Source of the DNA: an uncultured Clostridia bacterium
Lineage (GTDB): Bacteria; Bacillota; Clostridia; TANB77; CAG-508
Reading direction: 5' to 3'
Assembly (NCBI GenBank): GCA_934155625.1
Contig: CAKPHD010000003.1
Coordinates: 1 to 62,139, forward strand
Length of the DNA stretch: 62,139 nucleotides
Shown: positions 49,303 through 57,445 of the stretch, piece after piece
How the letters are laid out: every line of letters starts with the position of its first letter
How positions within the stretch are numbered: the first letter of the stretch is position 1
Translations under genes and position numbers: made by a program
The notes under the pieces: generated by a model
The model's input: only the letters and a program-made list of their open reading frames with translations
What the model was told of the DNA's origin: nothing
Database searches by the model: none

Positions 49303-49347
49303 TTATATTCCTCCCTCAAAATTACTAAGTCACATTTTTAATGAGCC

Positions 49348-50481
49348 TTATTCTTCAACTTTTTCTTCTGGTTCTTCGTTGTTCTCTGTCTCTTCTATTT
49401 TTTCTGATTCTTCTGTTTTTTTAGCTAGCATTTCTCTAAATTGTGTTTCTGATTTTATATCTATTTTCCATCCTGTTAATTTTGCTGCTAATCTTGCATT
49501 TTGACCAGCCTTTCCTATTGCTAGTGATAGTTGATCATCTGGAACTATTACTTGTGCAAATTTTTCTTCTTCTTTTATATCTACTGCCATTATTTGTGCA
49601 GGTAATAATGCTGATGATATGAATATGCTTGGATCTGCATTCCATTCAATTACATCTATTTTTTCTCCATGTAATTCATTTATTACATTTTGAATACGTA
49701 TTCCTTTTTGACCTACACATGAACCTACTGGGTCTATGTTTTCGTCTGGTGAATATACAGCAACCTTACTTCTTAATCCTGGATCTCTTGATACGCTTTT
49801 TATTTCGATTAGTCCTTCATATATTTCTGGTATTTCGAATTCTAATAATTTTCTTACAAAGTCTGGATGTGTTCTTGATATAATTGCTTGTGGTATTCCT
49901 TTTTCTCCTCTTTCTACATCTACTACATATCCTTTTATTTTGTCATTTACATGATATTTCTCTGTTGGAATTTGGTCTTTTGCTAACATTATTCCTTCTA
50001 GTTTTCCTAAATCCATTACTACTATGTGTTTATCTGCTTTTTGAATTAGTCCAGAAACTATTTCTCCTTTTCTTTCGTTATATTCATTAAATACCATGTT
50101 TCTTTCTGTTTCTCTCAATTTTTGAATTATTACTTGTTTTGCTGTTTGTGCTGCAATTCTTCCAAAGTCTCTTGGTACTATTTCTACTGCCACATTATCT
50201 CCTAAGTTTAGTTGATTGTTTATTTTTCTTGCTTCTTCTAAACTAATTTCTAATGCATCATCATTTGCCCTTTCCATGACTTCTTTTATTGAGTATATAT
50301 GAGTTTCTCCTGTTTTTTCATCTATTTTTACGTCTACATTTTCTAATGCATCAAAGTTTCTTTTATATGCTGTTATTAATGCTGTTCTTATTGATTCTAA
50401 TAGTTCTTCTTTTTTTATTCCTTTTTCTTTTTCTAATTCTTCTAAAGCTAATATTAATTCTTTATTATCTATTGCTTTCAT
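49348..50481 (-). CDS. nusA: transcription termination/antitermination factor NusA
   Basis: 377 aa. N-terminal domain, S1, two KH domains (GSCVGQKGIRIQ; AIGKAGQNARLA) and an acidic tail. Confidence 0.95.
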   Translation of the reverse strand: MKAIDNKELILALEELEKEKGIKKEELLESIRTALITAYKRNFDALENVDVKIDEKTGETHIYSIKEVMERANDDALEISLEEARKINNQLNLGDNVAVEIVPRDFGRIAAQTAKQVIIQKLRETERNMVFNEYNERKGEIVSGLIQKADKHIVVMDLGKLEGIMLAKDQIPTEKYHVNDKIKGYVVDVERGEKGIPQAIISRTHPDFVRKLLEFEIPEIYEGLIEIKSVSRDPGLRSKVAVYSPDENIDPVGSCVGQKGIRIQNVINELHGEKIDVIEWNADPSIFISSALLPAQIMAVDIKEEEKFAQVIVPDDQLSLAIGKAGQNARLAAKLTGWKIDIKSETQFREMLAKKTEESEKIEETENNEEPEEKVEE

Positions 50482-50516
50482 TTTTTATACTCCCTTTCTA
50501 TTACAAAAATTTAATT

Positions 50517-50963
50517 TTACCAATCGAACACAGTTTTTAATTGAGCTATGTTTTTTCTATCAAACTTGAATTTATCAATTGTAATTGTATCATTATCAAA
50601 TGCCTTTAGCTCACCAATATAATTCTTATTTCCGTTTTCATCTTTCTTGTATAGTTTTGCGTCTACTTGTTTTCCTATATTTTGTGCTAAATGGCTGTCT
50701 TTTCTTAATATTCTTTCAACTCCTGGTGATGATACTTCTAAGAAATATTGTTCTTTTATGTAGTCTGCTTGATCTAATAACTCATTTATTTCATTACTTA
50801 CTTTTTCACAGTCGTTTAAATCTATTCCTTTTGGACTGTCTATGAATATCCTTAAATAATAGTTCTGTCCTTCTTTTGCATATTCTACATCATATAGGCT
50901 GTATCCTATATTTTCTATTTTGTCTTTTAGTAGTTCTTCTACTCTTTCTTCTATTTTTGCCAT
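50517..50963 (-). CDS. rimP: ribosome maturation factor RimP
   Basis: About 148 aa from the ATG at 50963 (AGAGGAGG RBS). YLRIFID...GIDLNDCEKVS....LEVSSPGVERIL motif. The longer track ORF starts upstream of the predicted promoter. Confidence 0.88.
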   Translation of the reverse strand: MAKIEERVEELLKDKIENIGYSLYDVEYAKEGQNYYLRIFIDSPKGIDLNDCEKVSNEINELLDQADYIKEQYFLEVSSPGVERILRKDSHLAQNIGKQVDAKLYKKDENGNKNYIGELKAFDNDTITIDKFKFDRKNIAQLKTVFDW

Positions 50964-51050
50964 ATAGCCTCCTCTTTCTTTTATTATCCTCTTCACGATT
51001 GAAGAGTAGGATTTGTTCCTACTCTTCTGCGTTTTTTTATGTTCTTTTAT

Positions 51051-51079
51051 ATTATACCCAATTTTTGCCATAAAATCAA
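51051..51079 (-). promoter_or_regulatory. sigma-A promoter of the rimP-nusA-infB operon
   Basis: Minus strand TTGATT (51079-51074), 17-nt spacer, TATAAT (51056-51051). The ~80-nt leader carries two mutually exclusive hairpins. Confidence 0.6.
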
Positions 51080-51158
51080 GGGTTTTGAAGAATTTTTTAT
51101 TTAAAAATTTTCAATACTAGTATTGGCACTCTTAATTTAAGTGTATGCAAAAAATAAT

Positions 51159-52676
51159 TTAAAAAATTGAAACTCTAAAACCAATACCAACATGATAACC
51201 AGTTGTAGCACTAATAGTACGATAGTTTACTGGATAACTATTACCCTTATGATTGTAACCACCACCTCGATAAGCACAAGGTGAATTTAAATCAGAAGTA
51301 TTTTCCAGCGTCCACTCCCATACATTTCCATCGAAATCATATATTCCTTGTTTACAAAATATATCACTTGCTCCTGTTGATAATAATATATTTGAATCTG
51401 AAGTTTTTGTCCCATAAGCTTCACTTATCCATTCATAGCCATTTGCTGTATATTTAGACTCGATATTTGTTATATTCCACAAATTATTATAACAATTTCC
51501 CCAATTCGTGCTATCATTTTTCAAATCTGTTTGAGATGTTCCTTTTGTCTCTAAATATTTTAATACTAAATCCCATTGTACTCCAAACATTAAACTACTT
51601 GTATAATTTCCTGATTCCATATTACTTGCTAATGTTTGCGCTTGGCTACATGTTATCCAATTATATGGATAAGCGTTTTGTTTTATTACTGGTGTTTCTG
51701 TTGGAGCTTTTAATGGCGAGCCGGTTGTTCTTGGTTTATTCTCTATTCCAGTTTCATATTTTCCAATATAAAAACCACCATTTTGATATACACTTTTTAA
51801 CATTTTTTGTTTTAATGCTGTATATTGTTCGCTTGTTAATCCTGTTGCTTCATCTGAATGGTATTCGTCTTTGTATTTTGTTCCATTTCTATAGTCATTT
51901 GTATATGTGTGTAAATCTGCCTCTATTGCTATATATTCCTCTTCTGTAAATTCTGTTATTCCTAATCCTGCTGTGATATATACTTTTTTGGTCATAGGTA
52001 CTTCTACCCATACATATTGATTTCCTGTACTATCTTGAATTGTTAATCCATTTGCTAATGTTGTTCCTTCTACATTTGTAAATCCATCTGGCAAGTATGG
52101 ATTTGTAACTCTACTTGATACTGTTGTTGAACCTCCGTTTATTTCTTCTCCTGGTTGCTTTGGCTCTGCTGTTATGCTTACTCCAATGTTTGATTTTAAA
52201 TCTTCTTTTGTTTCGTCTATTGGTGTTTTTAATAATTTTATTGTAACTGTTAAGAACGTTTCTTCACCAGCTTTTAATGTTGTTTTATCTAATTTACTTA
52301 TTACCTCAAAATAATCACTATTTGAACTTGTAGCTTCTGCTGTTAAGTCTGATGACAAATCTTGGCTTTGATTTTTTATTGTATATGTTGCAGTTGCAGT
52401 GTCTCCTTTTGCACTTAAGCCTGAAACTTCTATTGTTCCTTCTGTTTTTTTACTTTCATTTATTGTCGCTGTTGTTGTTCCTTTTCCTCCTGTTGTTGGT
52501 GTTCCTATAAATTCTACTACAAAATTGGATTGACTTGCTTCTGATTTTGCTGTTCCATTTATATTTAGCGTTACATTTGTTATTGCTGCATATCCTACTG
52601 CTACTAGTATTATCGCTAGTAGTACTATTCCTCCAACTATCTTATTATTGGCTCTTCTCATTTTTGCTCTTTTCAT
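51159..52676 (-). CDS. membrane-anchored surface protein with a C-terminal FGE-sulfatase (SUMF1-like) domain, paralogue 1
   Basis: 505 aa. N-terminal basic stretch plus TM (MKRAKMRRANNKIVGGIVLLAIILVAVGYAAI), a Thr/Ser-rich beta-sandwich-like ~170 aa, then GGFYIGKYETG, MFGVQWDLVLKYLE, GNVWEWTLE, RGGGY......GIGFRVSIF, typical of the FGE-sulfatase family. Confidence 0.7.
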   Translation of the reverse strand: MKRAKMRRANNKIVGGIVLLAIILVAVGYAAITNVTLNINGTAKSEASQSNFVVEFIGTPTTGGKGTTTATINESKKTEGTIEVSGLSAKGDTATATYTIKNQSQDLSSDLTAEATSSNSDYFEVISKLDKTTLKAGEETFLTVTIKLLKTPIDETKEDLKSNIGVSITAEPKQPGEEINGGSTTVSSRVTNPYLPDGFTNVEGTTLANGLTIQDSTGNQYVWVEVPMTKKVYITAGLGITEFTEEEYIAIEADLHTYTNDYRNGTKYKDEYHSDEATGLTSEQYTALKQKMLKSVYQNGGFYIGKYETGIENKPRTTGSPLKAPTETPVIKQNAYPYNWITCSQAQTLASNMESGNYTSSLMFGVQWDLVLKYLETKGTSQTDLKNDSTNWGNCYNNLWNITNIESKYTANGYEWISEAYGTKTSDSNILLSTGASDIFCKQGIYDFDGNVWEWTLENTSDLNSPCAYRGGGYNHKGNSYPVNYRTISATTGYHVGIGFRVSIF

Positions 52677-52752
52677 TTTTGGTCTCCCTTCAATTTTTCT
52701 TTAAGTTATAATTTTTAATTTTACACAGTTATCTTTAAAATCTCAGCATCTT

Positions 52753-54294
52753 CTAATAAATTGAAACTCTAAAGCCCATATAAGCATTATAACCTTCTGG
52801 GCTGTTGTAATTACGGAAATTGGCTGGATATGTTTTTCCAAAATAATTATATGAACCTCCTCGTTTACTTGCCGGGCTATTTGTATTGGCTGTATACTCA
52901 AGTGTCCACTCCCATACATTTCCAGCCAAATCATATATTCCTTGCTCGCGAAAGTCTTCACTTGCTCCTGTTGACAATATAATTGATTGTTCTGAAGCCT
53001 TTTGTCCATATGCTTCATTTATCCAATTTCCTAATTTATAACTATCATCATCAAATGTAGCATATTTTGATTTTGCATTTGTTATGTTCCATAAATTATT
53101 TTTATAATTTCCAATTTTTGTACTATCAGAACATAAATCTGATTGTGCTATTCCTTTAGTTTCTAAATATTTTAATACTAAATCCCATTGTACTCCAAAC
53201 ATTAGACTACTTGTATATTTCCCAGATTCCATATTACTTGCTAATGTTTGCGCTTGGCTACATGTTATATTAATATATGGATATACATTTTTCTTTATTA
53301 CTGGCGTTTCTGTAGGTTCTATATCTGATGAACTAGAAGTTTTTGGTGTTCCTTCTATTCCGGTTTCATATTTTCCTACATAAAAACCTCCATTTTGATA
53401 TATACTTTTTAGCATTTTTTGTTTTAATGCTATGTATTGTTCCCTTGTTAATCCTGTTGTTGCATCAGAATAATATTCATCTTTATAACTTGTCCCATTT
53501 CTGTAGTCATCTGTATATGTGTGCAAATCTGTTTCTATTTTTGTGTATTGGGCTTCTGTAAATTCTGCTATATTTAGTCCTGCTGTTGGATATACTTCAG
53601 CTGTTTTAGGTACTTCTACCCATACATATTGATTCCCTGTTGAGTCTTCTATTGTTAATCCATTGTCTAAATTTGTTCCGTTTATTTGTTTAAATCCTTT
53701 TGGCAAGTATGTTCCTGCAGTTGTTTTATTACTTGATACTATTGTTGAGCCTCCATTTAGTTCATCTCCTGGTTGCTTTGGTTCTGCTGTTATACTTACA
53801 CCTATATTTGATTTTAAATCTTCTTTTGTTTCATCTATTGGTGTTTTTAATAATTTTATTGTAACTGTTAAGGACGTTTCTTCCCCAGTTTTTAATGTTG
53901 TTTTATCTAATTTACTTATTACCTCGAAATAATCGCTATTTGAGCTTGTCGCTTCTGCTGTTAAGTCTGCAGATAAATCTTGGCTGTTATTTTTTACTGT
54001 ATATGTTGCTGTTGCTGTATCTCCTTTGGCTGTTAGTCCTGCTACTTCTATTGTTCCTTCTGTTTTCTTATTTTCATTTATTGTTGCTGTTGTTGTTCCT
54101 TTTCCACTTGTTGTTGGTGTTCCTGTAAATTCTACTACAAAATTAGCTTGACTTGCTTCTGATTTTGCTGTTCCGCTTATATTTAATGTTACATTTGTTA
54201 TTGCTGCATATCCTACTGCCACCAGTATTATGGCTAGTAGCATGATTCCTCCAACTACCTTGTTATTTGCTCTTCTCATTTTTGCTCTTCTCAT
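52753..54294 (-). CDS. membrane-anchored surface protein with a C-terminal FGE-sulfatase (SUMF1-like) domain, paralogue 2
   Basis: About 513 aa from the ATG at 54294 (MRRAKMRRANNKVVGG..). It has the same GAAGGGAGA RBS as paralogue 1. The first ~190 aa are nearly identical to paralogue 1. C-terminal GNVWEWTLE, KRGGSY, YMGFRVSIY. Confidence 0.7.
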   Translation of the reverse strand: MRRAKMRRANNKVVGGIMLLAIILVAVGYAAITNVTLNISGTAKSEASQANFVVEFTGTPTTSGKGTTTATINENKKTEGTIEVAGLTAKGDTATATYTVKNNSQDLSADLTAEATSSNSDYFEVISKLDKTTLKTGEETSLTVTIKLLKTPIDETKEDLKSNIGVSITAEPKQPGDELNGGSTIVSSNKTTAGTYLPKGFKQINGTNLDNGLTIEDSTGNQYVWVEVPKTAEVYPTAGLNIAEFTEAQYTKIETDLHTYTDDYRNGTSYKDEYYSDATTGLTREQYIALKQKMLKSIYQNGGFYVGKYETGIEGTPKTSSSSDIEPTETPVIKKNVYPYINITCSQAQTLASNMESGKYTSSLMFGVQWDLVLKYLETKGIAQSDLCSDSTKIGNYKNNLWNITNAKSKYATFDDDSYKLGNWINEAYGQKASEQSIILSTGASEDFREQGIYDLAGNVWEWTLEYTANTNSPASKRGGSYNYFGKTYPANFRNYNSPEGYNAYMGFRVSIY

Positions 54295-54309
54295 GTTTGG
54301 TCTCCCTTC

Positions 54310-54529
54310 AATTCTTTCTTCAAGTTGCATACTTAAAGATATAACAATTCAAATTAATTATAGCAATAAACCCCTATTTTATCAACCGTTTTTCGACAAT
54401 TATAATAAAATAATTTTAATTAATTAAATTAGTATTTTTCACCAGGTCTAACTAACTTCTATATATTGGTATTACTAGTTTAAAAGAATTTTCACATTTT
54501 CTTTAAGTATGCAACTTAAAGAAAAATTT
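54310..54529. promoter_or_regulatory. candidate invertible promoter (inverton): inverted repeats flanking a 160-bp segment that carries a consensus promoter, currently pointing at the FGE-sulfatase paralogues
   Basis: Perfect 18-bp IR: AAGTTGCATACTTAAAGA (54322-54339) and TCTTTAAGTATGCAACTT (54500-54517), extendable outward to 29 bp with 3 mismatches (54310-54338 / 54501-54529). Inside, on the minus strand: TTGATA (54385-54380), 17-nt spacer, TATAAT (54362-54357). Confidence 0.55.
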
Positions 54530-54658
54530 TAATCAAAATTTAAATTTTTTCTTAAAAATCGACACGAAAAAATCCACACAAATATGTAATATATCCCTCA
54601 CTTTAGAATACACATTTTAATAAAGTACAATACAAGTAAGAAAGGATGATATTTATAT

Positions 54659-55654
54659 ATGAAAACTTATAAATTAGCAATTGTTGGAGCAACTGGGCTA
54701 GTAGGCAGAACAGCCCTAAAGATTCTAGAAGAAAAAAACTTACCTAATTTCGAATATACATTATTTAGTTCAAACAAATCAGCTGGAACCACATTAAATT
54801 TTTTTAATAAAGATTATATAGTTCAAGAATTAAAAGAAGATTCTTTCGATATCGGATTTGATTTTGCAATATTTTCTGCAGGTGGCAAAACTTCTGAGCA
54901 TTTTGCCCCAATTGCTGCTTCCAAAGGATGCATCGTAATTGATAATAGCAGTACATTCAGAATGGATGATGATGTACCTTTAATTGTTCCAGAAGTAAAT
55001 TTTCAAGATATTATTACGCATCATAATATAATTGCCAACCCTAATTGTTCTACAATTCAAGCTGTTGTTGCATTAAAACCTTTAGATGATAACTTTAAAA
55101 TAAAGCGAATTGTATATTCTACATATCAGGCCGTCTCTGGTGCTGGTAAACTAGGGTTAGAAGATTTAGAAAATGGCAGAAAAAATCTTGATAAACCTTT
55201 AATAAAATTTCCACACCCTATTTATGATAATTGTCTTCCACATATTGATGTTTTTTTACTTAATAGATATACCAAGGAAGAAATGAAAATGATAAACGAA
55301 ACTCGTAAAATTTTAGGTCATCCTAATTTACCAATTACAGCAACAACGGTAAGAGTTCCTGTTAGTAACTGTCATGGAGAAAGCATAAACATTGAATTCG
55401 AAAAAGATTTTTCTATTGAAGAGGCCATCTCTGTTTTAAAGAATTTTCCTGGTATTATTGTCGAAGATAACCCTAATACCAACTTATATCCACTAGCCTC
55501 AACTGCAAAAGGACATGACGAAGTTTTTGTTGGCAGAATTAGAAAAGATTTTAGTGTAAAAAGTGGACTTAATATGTGGGTTGTAGCTGATAATCTAAGA
55601 AAAGGTGCAGCTAGTAATGCAATTCAAATTATGGAAAGGATGATTCAAGAATGA
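54659..55654 (+). CDS. asd: aspartate-semialdehyde dehydrogenase
   Basis: 331 aa. VGATGLVGR, catalytic-Cys context IANPNCSTIQ. Confidence 0.94.
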   Translation: MKTYKLAIVGATGLVGRTALKILEEKNLPNFEYTLFSSNKSAGTTLNFFNKDYIVQELKEDSFDIGFDFAIFSAGGKTSEHFAPIAASKGCIVIDNSSTFRMDDDVPLIVPEVNFQDIITHHNIIANPNCSTIQAVVALKPLDDNFKIKRIVYSTYQAVSGAGKLGLEDLENGRKNLDKPLIKFPHPIYDNCLPHIDVFLLNRYTKEEMKMINETRKILGHPNLPITATTVRVPVSNCHGESINIEFEKDFSIEEAISVLKNFPGIIVEDNPNTNLYPLASTAKGHDEVFVGRIRKDFSVKSGLNMWVVADNLRKGAASNAIQIMERMIQE

Positions 55655-56529
55655 AAAAATGTCTATTTACTGGAGTTGCAACAGCTCTTGCTACTCCTTT
55701 TAACTCAAATGGCGTTAATACCGAAGAATTCAAAAAATTCATACAATTTCAAATATCATCTGGAGTTGACGCACTCGTTGTATGTGGCACTACAGGCGAA
55801 TCCAGCACCATGACCAAACAAGAAAGAATTGATGCTATAACCTGTGCAATCGAAACAGTTAATTCTAGTGAAAGCAAAATTCCTGTAATTGTAGGTACTG
55901 GTTCAAACAATACAGCTTATGCTATAGAAATGTCTATACTAGCAGAAAAACTTGGAGCTGATGGCTTATTAGTTGTCACACCATATTACAATAAAACTAC
56001 TCAATCAGGTCTTATAGCTCATTTTCGAACAATTGCCGAATCTGTTTCTATTCCGATTATTTTATATAATGTACCTAGTAGAACTGGTATGAACATTGAA
56101 CCATCAACTTGTTTTGAATTATCTAAAATCAACAATATTGTGGGAATAAAAGAAGCTAGTGGCAATATATCCCAAGTTGCAAAAATCGCATCATTATGTG
56201 GTGATGACTTTGCAATATATTCAGGCAATGATGACCAAATCTGTCCTATTCTTTCACTTGGTGGAAAAGGTGTAATTTCAGTTTTATCTAATGTTGCCCC
56301 AAAACTTACTCGTAGCATCACCAATTCTTTTTTTAAGAAGGCTCCTGATGAAGCATGTTATTATCAATTGCAAGCATTACCTTTAATTGAAGAATTGTTT
56401 GCAGAAACTAATCCAATTCCTATAAAACATGCTATAAATTCACTTGGTTTTGATTTTGGAATTCCTAGACTCCCTTTAATTGAATGTTCTAGCATTTTAA
56501 AAGTCAAACTTGCAAAAAGGAACTTTTAA
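55651..56529 (+). CDS. dapA: 4-hydroxy-tetrahydrodipicolinate synthase
   Basis: 292 aa. VCGTTGES, Schiff-base Lys context GIKEASG. ATGA overlap with asd. Confidence 0.94.
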   Translation: MKKCLFTGVATALATPFNSNGVNTEEFKKFIQFQISSGVDALVVCGTTGESSTMTKQERIDAITCAIETVNSSESKIPVIVGTGSNNTAYAIEMSILAEKLGADGLLVVTPYYNKTTQSGLIAHFRTIAESVSIPIILYNVPSRTGMNIEPSTCFELSKINNIVGIKEASGNISQVAKIASLCGDDFAIYSGNDDQICPILSLGGKGVISVLSNVAPKLTRSITNSFFKKAPDEACYYQLQALPLIEELFAETNPIPIKHAINSLGFDFGIPRLPLIECSSILKVKLAKRNF

Positions 56530-56586
56530 GAACCGGTCCCAACGGTACCAAAAAAGGGACGGATGAGAACCGGTCCCAAATGTCCC
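56519..56586. repeat. REP-like doublet between convergent genes, overlapping both stop codons
   Basis: GGAACTTTTAAGAACCGGTCCCAACGGTACC (56519-56549) contains the last codons and the TAA of dapA. GGGACGGATGAGAACCGGTCCCAAATGTCCC (56556-56586) abuts the stop of the minus-strand gene. Confidence 0.88.
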
Positions 56587-57359
56587 TATTTTTTCTTGAA
56601 ACTTTGCTTAGAAGAATCTATTTTATTTCTAATTTCTCTCTTAGAATTACCAATCTTAAGAGCAATTTCTTCTTTAGATTCTTCTATTTTCTTTTTCATT
56701 TCATCCCATTTATCATATAATATATTATTTTGAATTTTAGGGAATGCACGAGCAAGTCTTTTGTATAAAAATAATTTTTTTCTGATAATCTTTTTTACAT
56801 TTGTTGATATTTCTATTGTATTGTCTTTAAATTCTTTTGTCATTTCTTTTAGGTTAAGAATTATTTTGAATGATACTATCATATCTGTAACATAAATTAA
56901 TAAAAATACTACTGTAAATATATGTAACCCTAATTCTGGTATCATATTTATATATTTCATTATAAATGGATTTGCTATATATAATATAAATGTTCCTGCT
57001 ATTCCAAATGGTATAAGTGTTTCTAAACATATACGTCCATTTATATTGAATTTTCTTTGACTATAATCCCACCATCTTGCTTTAAATATTTTTTCCATAA
57101 CATAACTTGTCATATATTCTAGTGTTCCACAAATTAGAATAGATAATATAAATGTTAATGGTACATCTCCTGCATATTTCTGCAATAATAATGTTATTAA
57201 TAATACTCCACATCCATATATTGGGCAATATGGTCCTATTAAAAATCCTCTGTTTACAAATTTCTTTTGTCTTATTGATATTTGTACTGTTTCCATTACC
57301 CATCCTGCAAATGAGTATATAAAAAATAATGCTATATATTTTTCTATTTCTACTAACAT
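56586..57359 (-). CDS. membrane protein of the putative ABC-transporter type IV / CmpB (DUF1113) family
   Basis: 257 aa. FFIYSFAGWVMET......F.NRGFLIGPYCPIYGCG signature, 5-6 TM helices and a Lys-rich C-terminal tail. Confidence 0.7.
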   Translation of the reverse strand: MLVEIEKYIALFFIYSFAGWVMETVQISIRQKKFVNRGFLIGPYCPIYGCGVLLITLLLQKYAGDVPLTFILSILICGTLEYMTSYVMEKIFKARWWDYSQRKFNINGRICLETLIPFGIAGTFILYIANPFIMKYINMIPELGLHIFTVVFLLIYVTDMIVSFKIILNLKEMTKEFKDNTIEISTNVKKIIRKKLFLYKRLARAFPKIQNNILYDKWDEMKKKIEESKEEIALKIGNSKREIRNKIDSSKQSFKKK

Positions 57360-57445
57360 ATTTTCTCCTTCTTAATTAAAATCAGTTTTTATTTTATCAT
57401 AGGTAATATTAAAGTTCAATAGTTAAATAGAAAAGAAACCCCAAA

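Noticed and set aside
52743-53018. A 91-aa ORF overlapping the 3' end of FGE paralogue 2 in another frame
   Set aside because: It is nested within the well-supported 52753-54294 frame, whose C-terminus carries the conserved GNVWEWT/RGGSY/GFRVS motifs, and it has no RBS.
54530-54658. Lysine riboswitch (L-box) upstream of asd-dapA, and a purine riboswitch upstream of guaA (32042-32138)
   Set aside because: Both intergenic regions are short, AT-rich and lack the conserved riboswitch cores. Only promoter-like hexamers and, before guaA, the upstream gene's terminator are visible.
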